From IMG/VR virus record IMGVR_UViG_3300049048_000052, positions 187,781-251,780 of that record: a DNA stretch of 64,000 nucleotides. The stretch is one strand, 5' to 3'. A program made the translations under genes and the position numbers. A model generated the notes under the pieces. It searched no databases. It saw only the letters and a list, made by a program, of their open reading frames with translations, and was not told the DNA's origin. Shown one piece after another: positions 26,294 through 36,983 of this stretch; position 1 is the stretch's first letter; each line of letters starts with the position of its first letter.

Positions 26294-28047
26294 TATAAGC
26301 CTTTCCTAACCTTACCTATTGCATTACCCATCTTTAGCACACGTTTGAGGTCATTGGGTGTTTGAAGTTTACGGGTATTACTATTTGATACCTTGGTAAC
26401 AGAACCCATAACCCCAGATACTATACCCGATTGCACCTGATAGTTATAACAGTTATATACTGCAAGGCAGATAGCATCAGCTATATCCTTGCCAGCATAA
26501 GGGTGGACTATCTGCTTATTGGGCTTAAGAACTAGTTCAGAGAGCTCAGCCTTAATATCCCCTGTCCAGGTACTATCCTTAGGGAATATGAGAAGGTTCT
26601 GATTAAGCAAATCTCTAAGTAAGGTGTAGTATAACAATTGCTTCTCTCTACTTGAAGATATCTCTGCGGTAGGTATACCCTGCATATGTAGCTTCTGTAT
26701 AAGGGATGCTGAGTTAAAGCTGTCAAAGGTTACCTTCTTAACGCCCCTTGATCTACATAAGAGTAAGAGTTTATCCTCTATATCAGTAAATGAGACCACT
26801 CTCTTAATGCCCTTCTGGTCAGTCCTAGGTTGCCACTTAAGGACTCCGTCTATTTGTATACCCCATCTACCATCCTCTAATTTAACAGAGCGGGATATAG
26901 CAAGGGCAGCACTATCTTTCTTAAGTGCAGGGTCTACATGTATAAAGGAATGCAGACTAACATCACTAAAGAGACGATCTATCTGTATACCAACATATTC
27001 CCTCCTGTCTCCATTAACCTCTAGATCTAGATCAACACCCCTAGCATCAAATGCAGAGGGACCTGTGCATGCTTTCTCTACATTGGTGCGAGATAGAAAA
27101 GTATTATGTTTACTACTTCTAATACCCTCATATTCAAGACGGGCACTAATATAATCCTTAGCGTAATCGGAGACAATAACTTGTGTACGGTCCTTACTCA
27201 TTGTAGGATTAAGCTGAAAAGTACTTAACCTAAAACCTAGACTATTAGCATCAGTCTGACTAGCTAAGTAGAGACGCTCTATAGGATCTCCTATCTCCCA
27301 TGCTGATGAGATAGCTACCTTACGTCCATGTGATTGGAAGGCAGAGGTACCTTTACCTACGTTGTCCCACATCAGGTCCGCCCCATTGGTACCAGTTTCC
27401 TTACTAGTCTCAAAACGTGCGGCTTCATCCAGGATCATACACTTAAGTGAGTACCCAACCAGTGCTCTAGAGTTAGTATGCTTAGCATATATACCTATAT
27501 TCTTAGCAGGACATCTAACCTCCTCAGATAGGATCTCTATTATGCCAGAGTCCTGCAAACCCTTAAAGTACATAGAACCTTCAGCATAACCCTTGATCTT
27601 AGCAAAGATAGTCTCTTTAGCTTGATCTTGTGACTGAGATATAACGAAGATAGCTATAGGATCATTAGGTAGAATACCATAGGTCTTAGCAGGACTCTCA
27701 AGTGTAATCAGATCATAGAACTCTTTAAGGGCTATGATAGAGGCAATGGTAGACTTAGAACCTCTTCTTCCTGCTTCAAGGACTAGGTTGATATAATGTC
27801 TGCCCTCTACCCAGGTAGTCCTATCTAAACCTAGCCATTCAGAGAGTATAGTCTTATCACTCTCGGTCAACTCTTCATTGTAGAAGGCTCTAAGTATAGC
27901 TCTCTGTTGAGGATAGAGAGTATACTGGCCATTGAATAAGACATCCTCAGCAAACTCAACGATACCCATATCATTGTTACCTCGGATGCTCATGCTAATC
28001 ATGGAGAGCATCCGGTTAAACAAGTCGTCCTGGTTTATATCCTTCAT
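26293..28047 (-). CDS. terL: Terminase large subunit
   Basis: YPQQ, Walker A GRRGSKS, Walker B ILDEAA; nuclease motifs IHVDPA, TFD and KDIADA. Confidence 0.93.
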   Translation of the reverse strand: MKDINQDDLFNRMLSMISMSIRGNNDMGIVEFAEDVLFNGQYTLYPQQRAILRAFYNEELTESDKTILSEWLGLDRTTWVEGRHYINLVLEAGRRGSKSTIASIIALKEFYDLITLESPAKTYGILPNDPIAIFVISQSQDQAKETIFAKIKGYAEGSMYFKGLQDSGIIEILSEEVRCPAKNIGIYAKHTNSRALVGYSLKCMILDEAARFETSKETGTNGADLMWDNVGKGTSAFQSHGRKVAISSAWEIGDPIERLYLASQTDANSLGFRLSTFQLNPTMSKDRTQVIVSDYAKDYISARLEYEGIRSSKHNTFLSRTNVEKACTGPSAFDARGVDLDLEVNGDRREYVGIQIDRLFSDVSLHSFIHVDPALKKDSAALAISRSVKLEDGRWGIQIDGVLKWQPRTDQKGIKRVVSFTDIEDKLLLLCRSRGVKKVTFDSFNSASLIQKLHMQGIPTAEISSSREKQLLYYTLLRDLLNQNLLIFPKDSTWTGDIKAELSELVLKPNKQIVHPYAGKDIADAICLAVYNCYNYQVQSGIVSGVMGSVTKVSNSNTRKLQTPNDLKRVLKMGNAIGKVRKGL

Positions 28048-29018
28048 GGTATTAGTAATGTGCCCTTAATGTTTAGGACCTTCTGTGTTCCTGGTATAGG
28101 AGGTAATATAGATACTAGACCTAAGGATTGTCTAATAAGGTTAATGTCTGTATCTGAGGAGCCTGCCATATAATATATGTTAGGAGCACCAGGCATGAAG
28201 TATTTAGCTGATGGACTATCTACTACATTAACCTTAAGGGGCATAGTACCTGTGTCAGTTATTTGTGTGAACATGATCCAGGCTGACTTATCTATATGTA
28301 TATTAAGTAGGGTATCTACATCCATTGGATAATCCAGGGTACTAGTATAGGATGATAACATCTCTCCCATAGTGGGTACATTAGCCGTGGTTCCCTCTAG
28401 GAGGAATACCTTTATAGGATATAAGGGCGTACTTAACCTATTCGGGTCTCTGTAGATAGAACTAGCATCTAAACTAATCTGATTGGCCTGATATGTATCA
28501 GTCTTATTAGTCTTTGATTTAAAGTAATTGTTACTTATAGGGGAGGTGGTTGATACTCTATTAATAAGAAGTATCAGTATTCTATTACTGCCTTTATAAG
28601 TAGGGAACTGTAGATAATAGGTGGCCCCTGATTTGGACTCCATTACCAGAGCCTTATCTAATATAGAGTTACCAAATACACCTAGGTGGTCACTAACACT
28701 ATATAGCAGCCTACCCTCAGTATCTAAGATGCTATAAGGTTCATCTAATATACAAGATCTCTCTGAATAACTACCGTTGAATTCATCCTTCTCATACATA
28801 ATGAACCTAAAACTCCAGGGGGACAGCATAACAATACTGTCGGTATGATAAAGGAGTCTTGCAATCTGCAGGTTTAATAAAAGATTATTATGATTACTGG
28901 AATAGTCTATATCATTAGCATCAGCTATGGCAGACACCAAAGGACCTGGGCCCCCAAAGTTAGAGCTGGGTATAACTAATCTTTTAGATATAAATGACAG
29001 GACCTCGGTGGCGCTCAT
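28044..29018 (-). CDS. Hypothetical protein
   Basis: 324-aa ORF overlapping the terL start. Confidence 0.75.
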   Translation of the reverse strand: MSATEVLSFISKRLVIPSSNFGGPGPLVSAIADANDIDYSSNHNNLLLNLQIARLLYHTDSIVMLSPWSFRFIMYEKDEFNGSYSERSCILDEPYSILDTEGRLLYSVSDHLGVFGNSILDKALVMESKSGATYYLQFPTYKGSNRILILLINRVSTTSPISNNYFKSKTNKTDTYQANQISLDASSIYRDPNRLSTPLYPIKVFLLEGTTANVPTMGEMLSSYTSTLDYPMDVDTLLNIHIDKSAWIMFTQITDTGTMPLKVNVVDSPSAKYFMPGAPNIYYMAGSSDTDINLIRQSLGLVSILPPIPGTQKVLNIKGTLLIP

Positions 29019-29020
29019 GG

Positions 29021-29515
29021 TTATGGGGTTGTACTGATTCTAAGGTTGGCAGTATGAGTAAAGACAGTGGGGAATGTCAGGGATATAGGGGCAGCTATTA
29101 AGGGTTCTACAAGAACAACTAGGCCCTGTATGTTACCTCTATTATTACCATTGGCTGTTGATATACCTGTTAGGTTAGCCCCTCTAACATAAACTATGTG
29201 AGTCGCAGTATCTAGGGTTTGACCTGGGTCTGCCTGGAAAGTAGCCTGTGCTGTATTAGTGCTAAGGTTAGGATCCCCATTGACCGTAGTGCCTAATGTA
29301 ACTACACTTCTCTTGTAGCCCTTGAGGGATGTAGCACCTATTTCTTTGGAGATGACATACGCCATAGTTAATGCCCTCCTAGCTGATAGTTGGGTACTAT
29401 TAGGTGCATCTGTAAGACCAAGGGTCTCATCATTTATAAGGAGTGCTACTAAATTGTACGAGATATAAGTATCTATAAAAGACTTTCTTATTTCATCAGA
29501 GTATGTAGGTATCAT
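29021..29515 (-). CDS. Putative virion structural protein
   Basis: Thr/Asn-rich beta-type ORF in the late operon. Confidence 0.6.
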   Translation of the reverse strand: MIPTYSDEIRKSFIDTYISYNLVALLINDETLGLTDAPNSTQLSARRALTMAYVISKEIGATSLKGYKRSVVTLGTTVNGDPNLSTNTAQATFQADPGQTLDTATHIVYVRGANLTGISTANGNNRGNIQGLVVLVEPLIAAPISLTFPTVFTHTANLRISTTP

Positions 29516-29525
29516 ATGATCTTAT

Positions 29526-29966
29526 TTATATAGTGAACCAGGCTGTGCCATTGCTGTATATGTGAACCTTAGTGTTTACCACATAGGTAGAGGTTCCCTC
29601 TATTTGATTTGAGCCAAAGGGATCCAAGCTTATAGGATAGGTATCACCCTGGTTAGATTCGTCTCTGATTATATAGACCTTACCAGGAGATACTAAGGTG
29701 ACGTTAGGTAAATTAAGCGTAATAGCGGTTGTTCTCTGTCCTATGCCGATAATATAATCAGAGGCGCTGAGGGTGATAGGGGTTTGATTATAGTTAGCAT
29801 AACTAACAATGCCGCCGGATACTTGATTAAGTTCATCCTCAACAGCTGATATAAACTGGTTAATCCTAAATACCACAGCGGTCCCGTTAGAGCCTTCTAC
29901 GGGATCTTCTATAAGTTGTATGTTAGCACTACCTTGTACTAACTTATTATCCTGAAAGTCTGCCAT
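29526..29966 (-). CDS. Putative fibre/decoration protein
   Basis: DYIIG..TTAITLNLP..GKVYIIRDE..IEG..YSNGTAW module typical of phage fibres. Confidence 0.6.
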   Translation of the reverse strand: MADFQDNKLVQGSANIQLIEDPVEGSNGTAVVFRINQFISAVEDELNQVSGGIVSYANYNQTPITLSASDYIIGIGQRTTAITLNLPNVTLVSPGKVYIIRDESNQGDTYPISLDPFGSNQIEGTSTYVVNTKVHIYSNGTAWFTI

Positions 29967-31052
29967 TTAGTCTCCTATATTAATTGATGCTAGGTCTGAT
30001 GACTGTGTAATGTCATAAGCCTGGTTTGTACTTAAAATACTTATATTAATGCCAGGATTAGTAGGATCATCAATAGCCTTAGCTAATTCATAGAACTGTA
30101 AAGCATATGGATTAGTCTCCTCAGTCTCCTCTAATTTAAGGAAGGAGGTACCATCCTCTCTCTCATATAGTATGTAGCTATTAAGAGGATCATACTTTGA
30201 GGTAGTCCTATAACCAGTGCTAAGACCGTACATATTTAAGTAAGAGTTGTTAGGTGGTATACCTACGATTAGGCAAGGATCTAAGACAATTTCATCACTA
30301 GTTGTATTACCTAATGGATAATCTAAGTTGATAGGCCTCAGGGTTGATATGTATAAATCATCCTTTATACCATAGAGACCTAAGGAGTCAAAGTACTCAA
30401 AGAGTAAGGAACCATTAGACTGCTGGGCTACCTTACCAGTGAAATAGAAGTAGGGTTGATATGGATGATAAAAGTCATCTGCTATATCTAAGCTATAATA
30501 TGACTCAAAACTAGAGGCTGCTCTATTGTATAGGTACTCCTCCCTCGGGTATACCTTATTGGCTGTTAGAGCTGATGTATTATAGTAAGTAACGTGGGGT
30601 AGTTTGTCCTTAAGTAAGGCCCTAGAGTTAGCAGAGACGGGAGCATACAAATACTTCCAGGTGGACATAGGTAAGTCCTTATCCCCTAATACGAATTCAT
30701 AGTATAGGTTGGTAGTCCTATAGGGCCGCCCGTCATAACCTATAAGAAAGAAGCTATTAATCATAGCTGCATCATTAAACATATTAGTATCAAAGTAACT
30801 AGGGTAGATACCCTCTCTTACATTGATGGTCCCTGTATACTCATAACCCTCATTGAGTACCTCGGTTATAGCTAGGGATACTGGCTTATCTGGAGTTAAT
30901 GGTAGGGTTATAGGGTTAAACAGCTTGGGGTGCTTAGGATGCCTTGCTCTCTGTTCTCTAAGTTGTGAGACATAAGTGGCAAAGTCCACTACATTACCGG
31001 CCGCTATTCTATCTAGTCTTTCTTGTAACCTTGTCATTATCTCTTCCTCCAT
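29967..31052 (-). CDS. Hypothetical protein (Tyr-rich)
   Basis: 361-aa ORF in the late operon. Confidence 0.75.
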   Translation of the reverse strand: MEEEIMTRLQERLDRIAAGNVVDFATYVSQLREQRARHPKHPKLFNPITLPLTPDKPVSLAITEVLNEGYEYTGTINVREGIYPSYFDTNMFNDAAMINSFFLIGYDGRPYRTTNLYYEFVLGDKDLPMSTWKYLYAPVSANSRALLKDKLPHVTYYNTSALTANKVYPREEYLYNRAASSFESYYSLDIADDFYHPYQPYFYFTGKVAQQSNGSLLFEYFDSLGLYGIKDDLYISTLRPINLDYPLGNTTSDEIVLDPCLIVGIPPNNSYLNMYGLSTGYRTTSKYDPLNSYILYEREDGTSFLKLEETEETNPYALQFYELAKAIDDPTNPGINISILSTNQAYDITQSSDLASINIGD

Positions 31053-33454
31053 AGCTCTAACGTACCTTGAGTTATAGAATAAACTAGGTCAGCAGGCTTT
31101 GACTGTTTTACTCCTGATATATCTATCCAGTAGACGTAGTCAGTCTTAAGGCCGGGTACGATTGAATTGGTAGATTGTATACCTAACCAACGGGAGACAA
31201 AGGAGCTGTTACCCGATACGTCAGTTATACGGACTGTATTAACTGGGAGTGGACCATTAGGTTTTACAACATCCCCAAGATATAACTGCTTACCATCTGG
31301 GCCTTTACCAATCGGTCCTTTAGAGGTATTGCTAGAAGCAGGAGATGAGGGCCTAGTCTCTGTGTTGCTGGCAGTAGAAGGTATACTTTTAGCGTCTATA
31401 CATACCTGCACGTTAGTGCTAACGTTAATCCATCTCTCTAGGTCCTGTATAGTATAGAAGTTTAGACCCCCTTCAGCAAGGCCCCCCATTATTAAACGGT
31501 AAGCTTCTGATGGCATTACCTCAAAGGTATTGCTAGGACCTACTACACTAAAGTTCCTTCTAATAATCCTACCGCTGCTTATTATGTATAAGTCAAAGTC
31601 AAAGTTTCCTATTATCTTAGTGGCTCCCAAGCTTTCTAATTTAGCATCAGGATTGTAAGGAGGGGTAGCAGGGTTATAAGTTATACGTCTGCCCTTCTGC
31701 AGTAAGTCTTCTAAGGCTCTCTTATACTCCGAGCCACCCCATAGGCGATCAGGGGAGACTCCGTAGGTTTTAGCTCTTTGTATAAGGGAGTTTATAGCCT
31801 CCTTACCTCTATATAGCTTGCCGTCATCAGGCTCACAGATAAATTCACCTGTGGAATCTACTTTCCTCAAATACACTAGTTCACAGGTGGAAACGTTATA
31901 GGCTAGGAACCTACGAGAAGATCTACCTGTATCCTTCTCCCCAAATATAGGATTACCTTGTATATCCCTTGTAACCCAACCACCAGATTTTATAGAGGTT
32001 AATACCGCGTCGTTACATCTACTACTGAGTTTCTTAGTAGATGGATCGGGAACGCTAGCATCTACAGCCCCATCAACCTCATTAGTAAGGTTAACCGGCT
32101 CATCAGATCTATTGCCGTGATCAATCACCTCAAGGTCCATGGTATACCAGGTCCTATCAGATCTAGTATGGAAGGCCTCTATCTTACGTACGAAGGCCTT
32201 GAACTTAGGATTACCCGTAGCAGGATCCCTTAACTGAGTACTTAGCTCAGGGGATGGATCTGACTTCTGAGTAATATCATTATTACGGGCCATGTTGATC
32301 TCTACTACTAACTCATTAGAGTCTAGGACTGATATCCTATAGAACTCATTGAAGCTATTATAAGAGTCAAATGTAGACTTAATGAACTTAAGGTTACCAT
32401 AAGGTCTTTGATCCGCTGGACCTTTATAAGAGGGATCGGGACTATCAGGACTATTAAGTAAGTTCTTAGCACCTAGGAAGTGATTATAGTTCCTAATGGA
32501 TTCACCATCAGCCCCAGTGAACGCACCTACTATAGTAACCATAACAGTATCAACTCCAAGATGCTGATAGGCAGGTTGGAATCCTGGTATCCTATGTTTA
32601 ATAACGTTAGGTACCACCTTGATAGAGAGACCGGGTTGGGCCCCTGGTACGTCCATAGAACCCTGCATAGGTATGACAGACTTCATAGCAGGTAGTAAGG
32701 ACATATACCATTCCTTTTCTATCTTATTTTGGAACTCTGGTTTTATCCTTTGACCTAAAGTAGAACCGCTGACGAAGTTACCTATTGTGCTTCCTCCAGA
32801 AGTACCATCCCTACTACCGCCTAATACCCCGCCTAAGCTCTCCAGGCTAGAGCTGGCTGAGATACCTGTAGAAGTATTACTTGAACCCGCACCAGGTAAA
32901 GGCTCTAAACCTAAATAGGTAAACTTAATACCCCAGGAAGCAGCGCTCATAGGGCTGCTATCATTAGTGGTATCTGGCTTAGCAGTGGGATCCAATCCGC
33001 CCCCTGCTTTCATGGTTTTGTCCTCAGTTGAAGCATTACCCTTGGACTTCTTTATTTCATCCTGTAGATATTTGATAGCAGAGTTGAGAGATGCTAACTG
33101 TATTTTCTGGAAGGAGGCAATATTATTATCTACTTCTATACAACGGGTTCTCTCAGTGGGAGGTATGGTAGTGCTCTTACAGAAGGCGGTAGCGTATTTA
33201 TAAGACTCGTATATGGGCTTTGATAGACGGCCAAAGTCTGTCGACTTACCTGTGGCTATAAGGTCCAGCTCATCATAACTATACCTTAGAAGAACATCGA
33301 GAGTATCTAACTTAGCACCTAGATATTTATAGTTATCAGGCAGGGCCCTTGCACCTACAAAGGTATCGAGGGTACTTTCTATTACTTTACCTAGGACGGG
33401 TAGGCTCTCAGTCGCCACTAATATTAGGTTCTCTTTTGCTTGTTCTACTGTCAT
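31037..33454 (-). CDS. Putative tail protein with a central GpU/tube-initiator-like domain
   Basis: KHRIPG..PAYQHLG..VTIVGAFTG pattern; Ser/Gly linkers. Confidence 0.5.
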   Translation of the reverse strand: MTVEQAKENLILVATESLPVLGKVIESTLDTFVGARALPDNYKYLGAKLDTLDVLLRYSYDELDLIATGKSTDFGRLSKPIYESYKYATAFCKSTTIPPTERTRCIEVDNNIASFQKIQLASLNSAIKYLQDEIKKSKGNASTEDKTMKAGGGLDPTAKPDTTNDSSPMSAASWGIKFTYLGLEPLPGAGSSNTSTGISASSSLESLGGVLGGSRDGTSGGSTIGNFVSGSTLGQRIKPEFQNKIEKEWYMSLLPAMKSVIPMQGSMDVPGAQPGLSIKVVPNVIKHRIPGFQPAYQHLGVDTVMVTIVGAFTGADGESIRNYNHFLGAKNLLNSPDSPDPSYKGPADQRPYGNLKFIKSTFDSYNSFNEFYRISVLDSNELVVEINMARNNDITQKSDPSPELSTQLRDPATGNPKFKAFVRKIEAFHTRSDRTWYTMDLEVIDHGNRSDEPVNLTNEVDGAVDASVPDPSTKKLSSRCNDAVLTSIKSGGWVTRDIQGNPIFGEKDTGRSSRRFLAYNVSTCELVYLRKVDSTGEFICEPDDGKLYRGKEAINSLIQRAKTYGVSPDRLWGGSEYKRALEDLLQKGRRITYNPATPPYNPDAKLESLGATKIIGNFDFDLYIISSGRIIRRNFSVVGPSNTFEVMPSEAYRLIMGGLAEGGLNFYTIQDLERWINVSTNVQVCIDAKSIPSTASNTETRPSSPASSNTSKGPIGKGPDGKQLYLGDVVKPNGPLPVNTVRITDVSGNSSFVSRWLGIQSTNSIVPGLKTDYVYWIDISGVKQSKPADLVYSITQGTLELWRKR

Positions 33455-33864
33455 GGCTTGTATGTATGCATAAGGTTATATAGGACCTCCGATGGTCTAT
33501 CTAAGCCCTGAAGGGATGTAGTATCTGTGTCGCTAACATCATAATAGATACGCATACTACCAGTATCAAATAGAGGGGCCTTAAAGGGGCTGACTACGTT
33601 GCGGTCTACATAAGGTGGATTAATAACCTCTATAGAACTAAGGTTAAACTTAGATACCTCTACTAGTTCCTCATCTGTAAAGAGAGTAATGTCATAACCC
33701 TGCAATAGTATAGCCATAAGTATAAGTTTAGCCTCCCCAATTAGGGGAAGCCTCTTAATAAGTATCTGGAATATATGAGTGACTGATTCCCTACTAGGAT
33801 TAACCTTACTGTTTAGTTCTAAGGTAGTCAGCTTATTAAACAGGCTCTGAAGCTGGGAGTTCAT
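33451..33864 (-). CDS. Hypothetical protein
   Basis: ORF overlapping both neighbours. Confidence 0.7.
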   Translation of the reverse strand: MNSQLQSLFNKLTTLELNSKVNPSRESVTHIFQILIKRLPLIGEAKLILMAILLQGYDITLFTDEELVEVSKFNLSSIEVINPPYVDRNVVSPFKAPLFDTGSMRIYYDVSDTDTTSLQGLDRPSEVLYNLMHTYKP

Positions 33865-34024
33865 TAGATTTATTCCTAATTAGTTCGTTAACTAGTTGTT
33901 CTAGTTGTATCACTCTCTCCCTTAGTTCCTGTATCTCAGCATCCTTAGGGGACTTTCTTATTATGATGGCACCACTCTCGTCATAGTAGGCATTTATAGG
34001 TAGGTGGTGATTATTATTATTCAT
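33836..34024 (-). CDS. Small coiled-coil protein following the DUF4815-like genes
   Basis: ATG at 34024, immediately after the upstream stop; DESGAII then EIQELRERVIQLEQLV. Confidence 0.65.
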   Translation of the reverse strand: MNNNNHHLPINAYYDESGAIIIRKSPKDAEIQELRERVIQLEQLVNELIRNKSNELPASEPV

Positions 34025-34025
34025 A

Positions 34026-36977
34026 TTAGGTTCCGTATGTAATAGAGGATAGTCTTCTAGCAAAGGGTATAACGGAGCTATCAGCAGTCTTGAAGTCTAA
34101 TCTTATTGTTAGTTTCCTTCTGAGGGTACTTATGGAGGCCCCTGATGGGCTGATATTAGATATAGCATCTGATAAGGATAATGCCTTATAAGTATAACCA
34201 TATAAGGGTATATTACCATCAAGTAGGAAGGTAGCAGCTGAATCCATGTCCATAGTCTCCCAGCTAATACCAGCATTAGAACTAAATAGAACATCGATAG
34301 ACGTACCCTTTGGTATGTATGCCTCAAAGGTAGTTTCTATATTATTATAGGCCGCCTCAAACTCTACAGTCTTACTGATCCAGGTAGAACTACGTCTATT
34401 AGCTATAGTGGTGAATGTACTAGCATCTAGTTCTAATAAAGGAGACATTTGGTTAGTGTTGTTAAGTACAACCTTTAATTCAGAGGTGCTTGCAGGTTGT
34501 TGTAAGGTGTATTCATAGCCTCTAACCAAAGCCCAAGTACCATTCTCTTTAACGTAGGTTTGTATATTAGTACCAGCAGGTAATATAACAGGCATGTTAA
34601 ATCTAACAGAGTTGTAGGGCTCTACATTCTCTATGTTAACTAATAGCTCAGACTTAGTATTAGCCATGACAGCCTTATTAAGTCTAAAGCTGAGATCCAT
34701 ATCATTATGAGGCTGCCAGCTACCCTCTTTCCTGGATAGGAGGATACCATTGAGTAGGGCTTGTGTAGTGGTTATTGTACCGTCAAGCAGCGAACGGGCC
34801 CCTATTGTAGAAACATATAATTCTAGGCCAGGTAAGTTGGGACTAATAACTAATGCATATTGACCCCTGTTGCTTATAAAGGCAGGTTTGTCTAATACAA
34901 CCTCTGTCCACTTACTACCGTTACTACTTAGTTGTATATCAGACAAACTTAAGTCTCCTATAGCTAGACATTCTGGAGTGGGTAGGCCACCATTAGCTGA
35001 GACTATAGATACCCTTGCTGCTATGATTGTGTTGTCCGTTTGTAGATTAGGAGCACTTCTTATCTTTAACCATATCGAGGTAATGCTAACAGGTTCCTCA
35101 ATAAGGAATGTTTGGGCCCAACCCTCAGTGCTTGATGCATAAGTAGTATTTAGAGGTAATACACCAGAGGCTGAATCTAGATCAGTTGTTATGGGCACTA
35201 TGGCATCGTTTATAGATCTGTACACCGCTGAGGCAGTCGATCTAGGACCTGATAGTGTTACAACATAAGTATCAAGAGCTAGATTACTTGGTATGAAGAA
35301 CTTAAGGAAAGCCATACCATCAGCCCTAGCCTTTATGGAGTTAGTGGAAGAACCCGCCAAGGTGCCATTTAATAATGTGAACTGACTTATAGCTACATTA
35401 CCAAAAGAGAGTGTAAGATTATCCTCGTTAGGTTGGAAACCCGTACATTGGACGGTTATCTCCCTAACTAATAGGTTGAGGTTCAGGCTCACCCTACTAT
35501 CATTATTAAGTGATAATGCTTTTAATATATTATCTTTAAGTGTTGGTAGAGATGATGGGGCCACCGCGCTATAAGGTATAGTAGCGGAGTCTGCTGGACC
35601 ACTACTGGGACTTATATTCATATGAGCTATAGTTCGGGTGTTGACTCCTAGGTTGACCCATGATGTACACTTAGCCTGTTCTATGTATGACTCTTCAGAG
35701 AATGAGCACATAGCGTAATTAGGTGTCCCATTACGGGCTACTATGTCTAAGGCAGTGGGAGTTAAGCCCACATTGACTATATCCTTAATACTAGTACTAA
35801 AGCCTGGCCTCAGTGCCCTAATAGAGGGCATGAAGGAAGCATTGTAAAGAGGATGGTATGTATCGCTCCTGCTAAGGTCTATTAGAGCATCTGTAAATAC
35901 GCCACTCAAATCAAATAGGTTATTATCTCCTATATCTAAAGCCTGCTTATCTAATAATAATTGGGTCATCTCCCTCTCATTACGATAGTTCTCCTCTGAG
36001 AGCAGTATAAGATCTGCATTAGTTAGGGATCTCTTCTTGGACAAAACAAGGGATATGTCCCTCTTGAATTGCCCTCCTATTAAAGTTCTATTAGTAATTT
36101 CTAGAGTAGCTAGATCTATAGTTGAGTGGGGTAAGCCGGGTACATATGTAGTAGGATCCTGCTCAGAATAATATTCTATAGTTCCTTGTTGGTTGAGCAG
36201 TATGATGTACCTAAATATTGTATTAGGTGTAGACGGAAAACTAGGTAAGTATAGGTAGGAGCCATAGGGTAAATAAACCCTGACTCCCTCTATATAAGCA
36301 ACACCTGCATTAATTGTTAGCTTACGTGTTTCTTGATCCAGGCTAACCTCCATACCGTTAGCTATGAAGTCCCCGTTCTCTTCATACCAACGCTGACTAA
36401 CCCTAGAGGATATAGCCTGGCCTATTATATTAGGGTCATATACCTTGGTAAGCTTACCGGGTCTATAGTGAAGTACATCCGGGGCCCCACCTGAAGGTCT
36501 ATTATCAATTACTGCTATAGGATAACTATCCTCATTAAGAGTAAGTCTATATCTTACAACCAATCTATGAGCCCCGTAATCCCCCTTAATGAATAAGGGG
36601 TCTCTTAGAAGCTCAGAGTTATCATCTATAAGAAAGTCTATCCTAAAGCCTAAGGATACTCTACCCTGTTTGGATACAGGTATCCGGTCGGCGGGTGCTA
36701 TGTCTATGTAGAGGCCTCCGTGGGGAGTCTCTACATATATCTGACCCTGAGATAAGTGTAATATGTTGTACTTATCATTTATCTCAATGACACTAACCTT
36801 AAGGCCCCAAGTTGGAGAGTATATACCGTAGACATAGGACGATAACCTTTGGTATTGGTAATTAAGTACAGATTGGAGTTCATGTAGCTCAGCTATTTGC
36901 AAAGGCCTATCAGGTCTGGCTAGCACCTTTACCCAACCAGACTCAGGGGTCCACCTATTAGAATATTTATTTTCCAT
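34026..36977 (-). CDS. DUF4815/VrlC-like baseplate-fibre structural protein (paralog 2)
   Basis: WVKVLARPDRPLQIAELHELQ, GAHRL, EENGDF, AGVAYIEG and AQTF. Confidence 0.8.
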   Translation of the reverse strand: MENKYSNRWTPESGWVKVLARPDRPLQIAELHELQSVLNYQYQRLSSYVYGIYSPTWGLKVSVIEINDKYNILHLSQGQIYVETPHGGLYIDIAPADRIPVSKQGRVSLGFRIDFLIDDNSELLRDPLFIKGDYGAHRLVVRYRLTLNEDSYPIAVIDNRPSGGAPDVLHYRPGKLTKVYDPNIIGQAISSRVSQRWYEENGDFIANGMEVSLDQETRKLTINAGVAYIEGVRVYLPYGSYLYLPSFPSTPNTIFRYIILLNQQGTIEYYSEQDPTTYVPGLPHSTIDLATLEITNRTLIGGQFKRDISLVLSKKRSLTNADLILLSEENYRNEREMTQLLLDKQALDIGDNNLFDLSGVFTDALIDLSRSDTYHPLYNASFMPSIRALRPGFSTSIKDIVNVGLTPTALDIVARNGTPNYAMCSFSEESYIEQAKCTSWVNLGVNTRTIAHMNISPSSGPADSATIPYSAVAPSSLPTLKDNILKALSLNNDSRVSLNLNLLVREITVQCTGFQPNEDNLTLSFGNVAISQFTLLNGTLAGSSTNSIKARADGMAFLKFFIPSNLALDTYVVTLSGPRSTASAVYRSINDAIVPITTDLDSASGVLPLNTTYASSTEGWAQTFLIEEPVSITSIWLKIRSAPNLQTDNTIIAARVSIVSANGGLPTPECLAIGDLSLSDIQLSSNGSKWTEVVLDKPAFISNRGQYALVISPNLPGLELYVSTIGARSLLDGTITTTQALLNGILLSRKEGSWQPHNDMDLSFRLNKAVMANTKSELLVNIENVEPYNSVRFNMPVILPAGTNIQTYVKENGTWALVRGYEYTLQQPASTSELKVVLNNTNQMSPLLELDASTFTTIANRRSSTWISKTVEFEAAYNNIETTFEAYIPKGTSIDVLFSSNAGISWETMDMDSAATFLLDGNIPLYGYTYKALSLSDAISNISPSGASISTLRRKLTIRLDFKTADSSVIPFARRLSSITYGT

Positions 36978-36983
36978 CTTGTT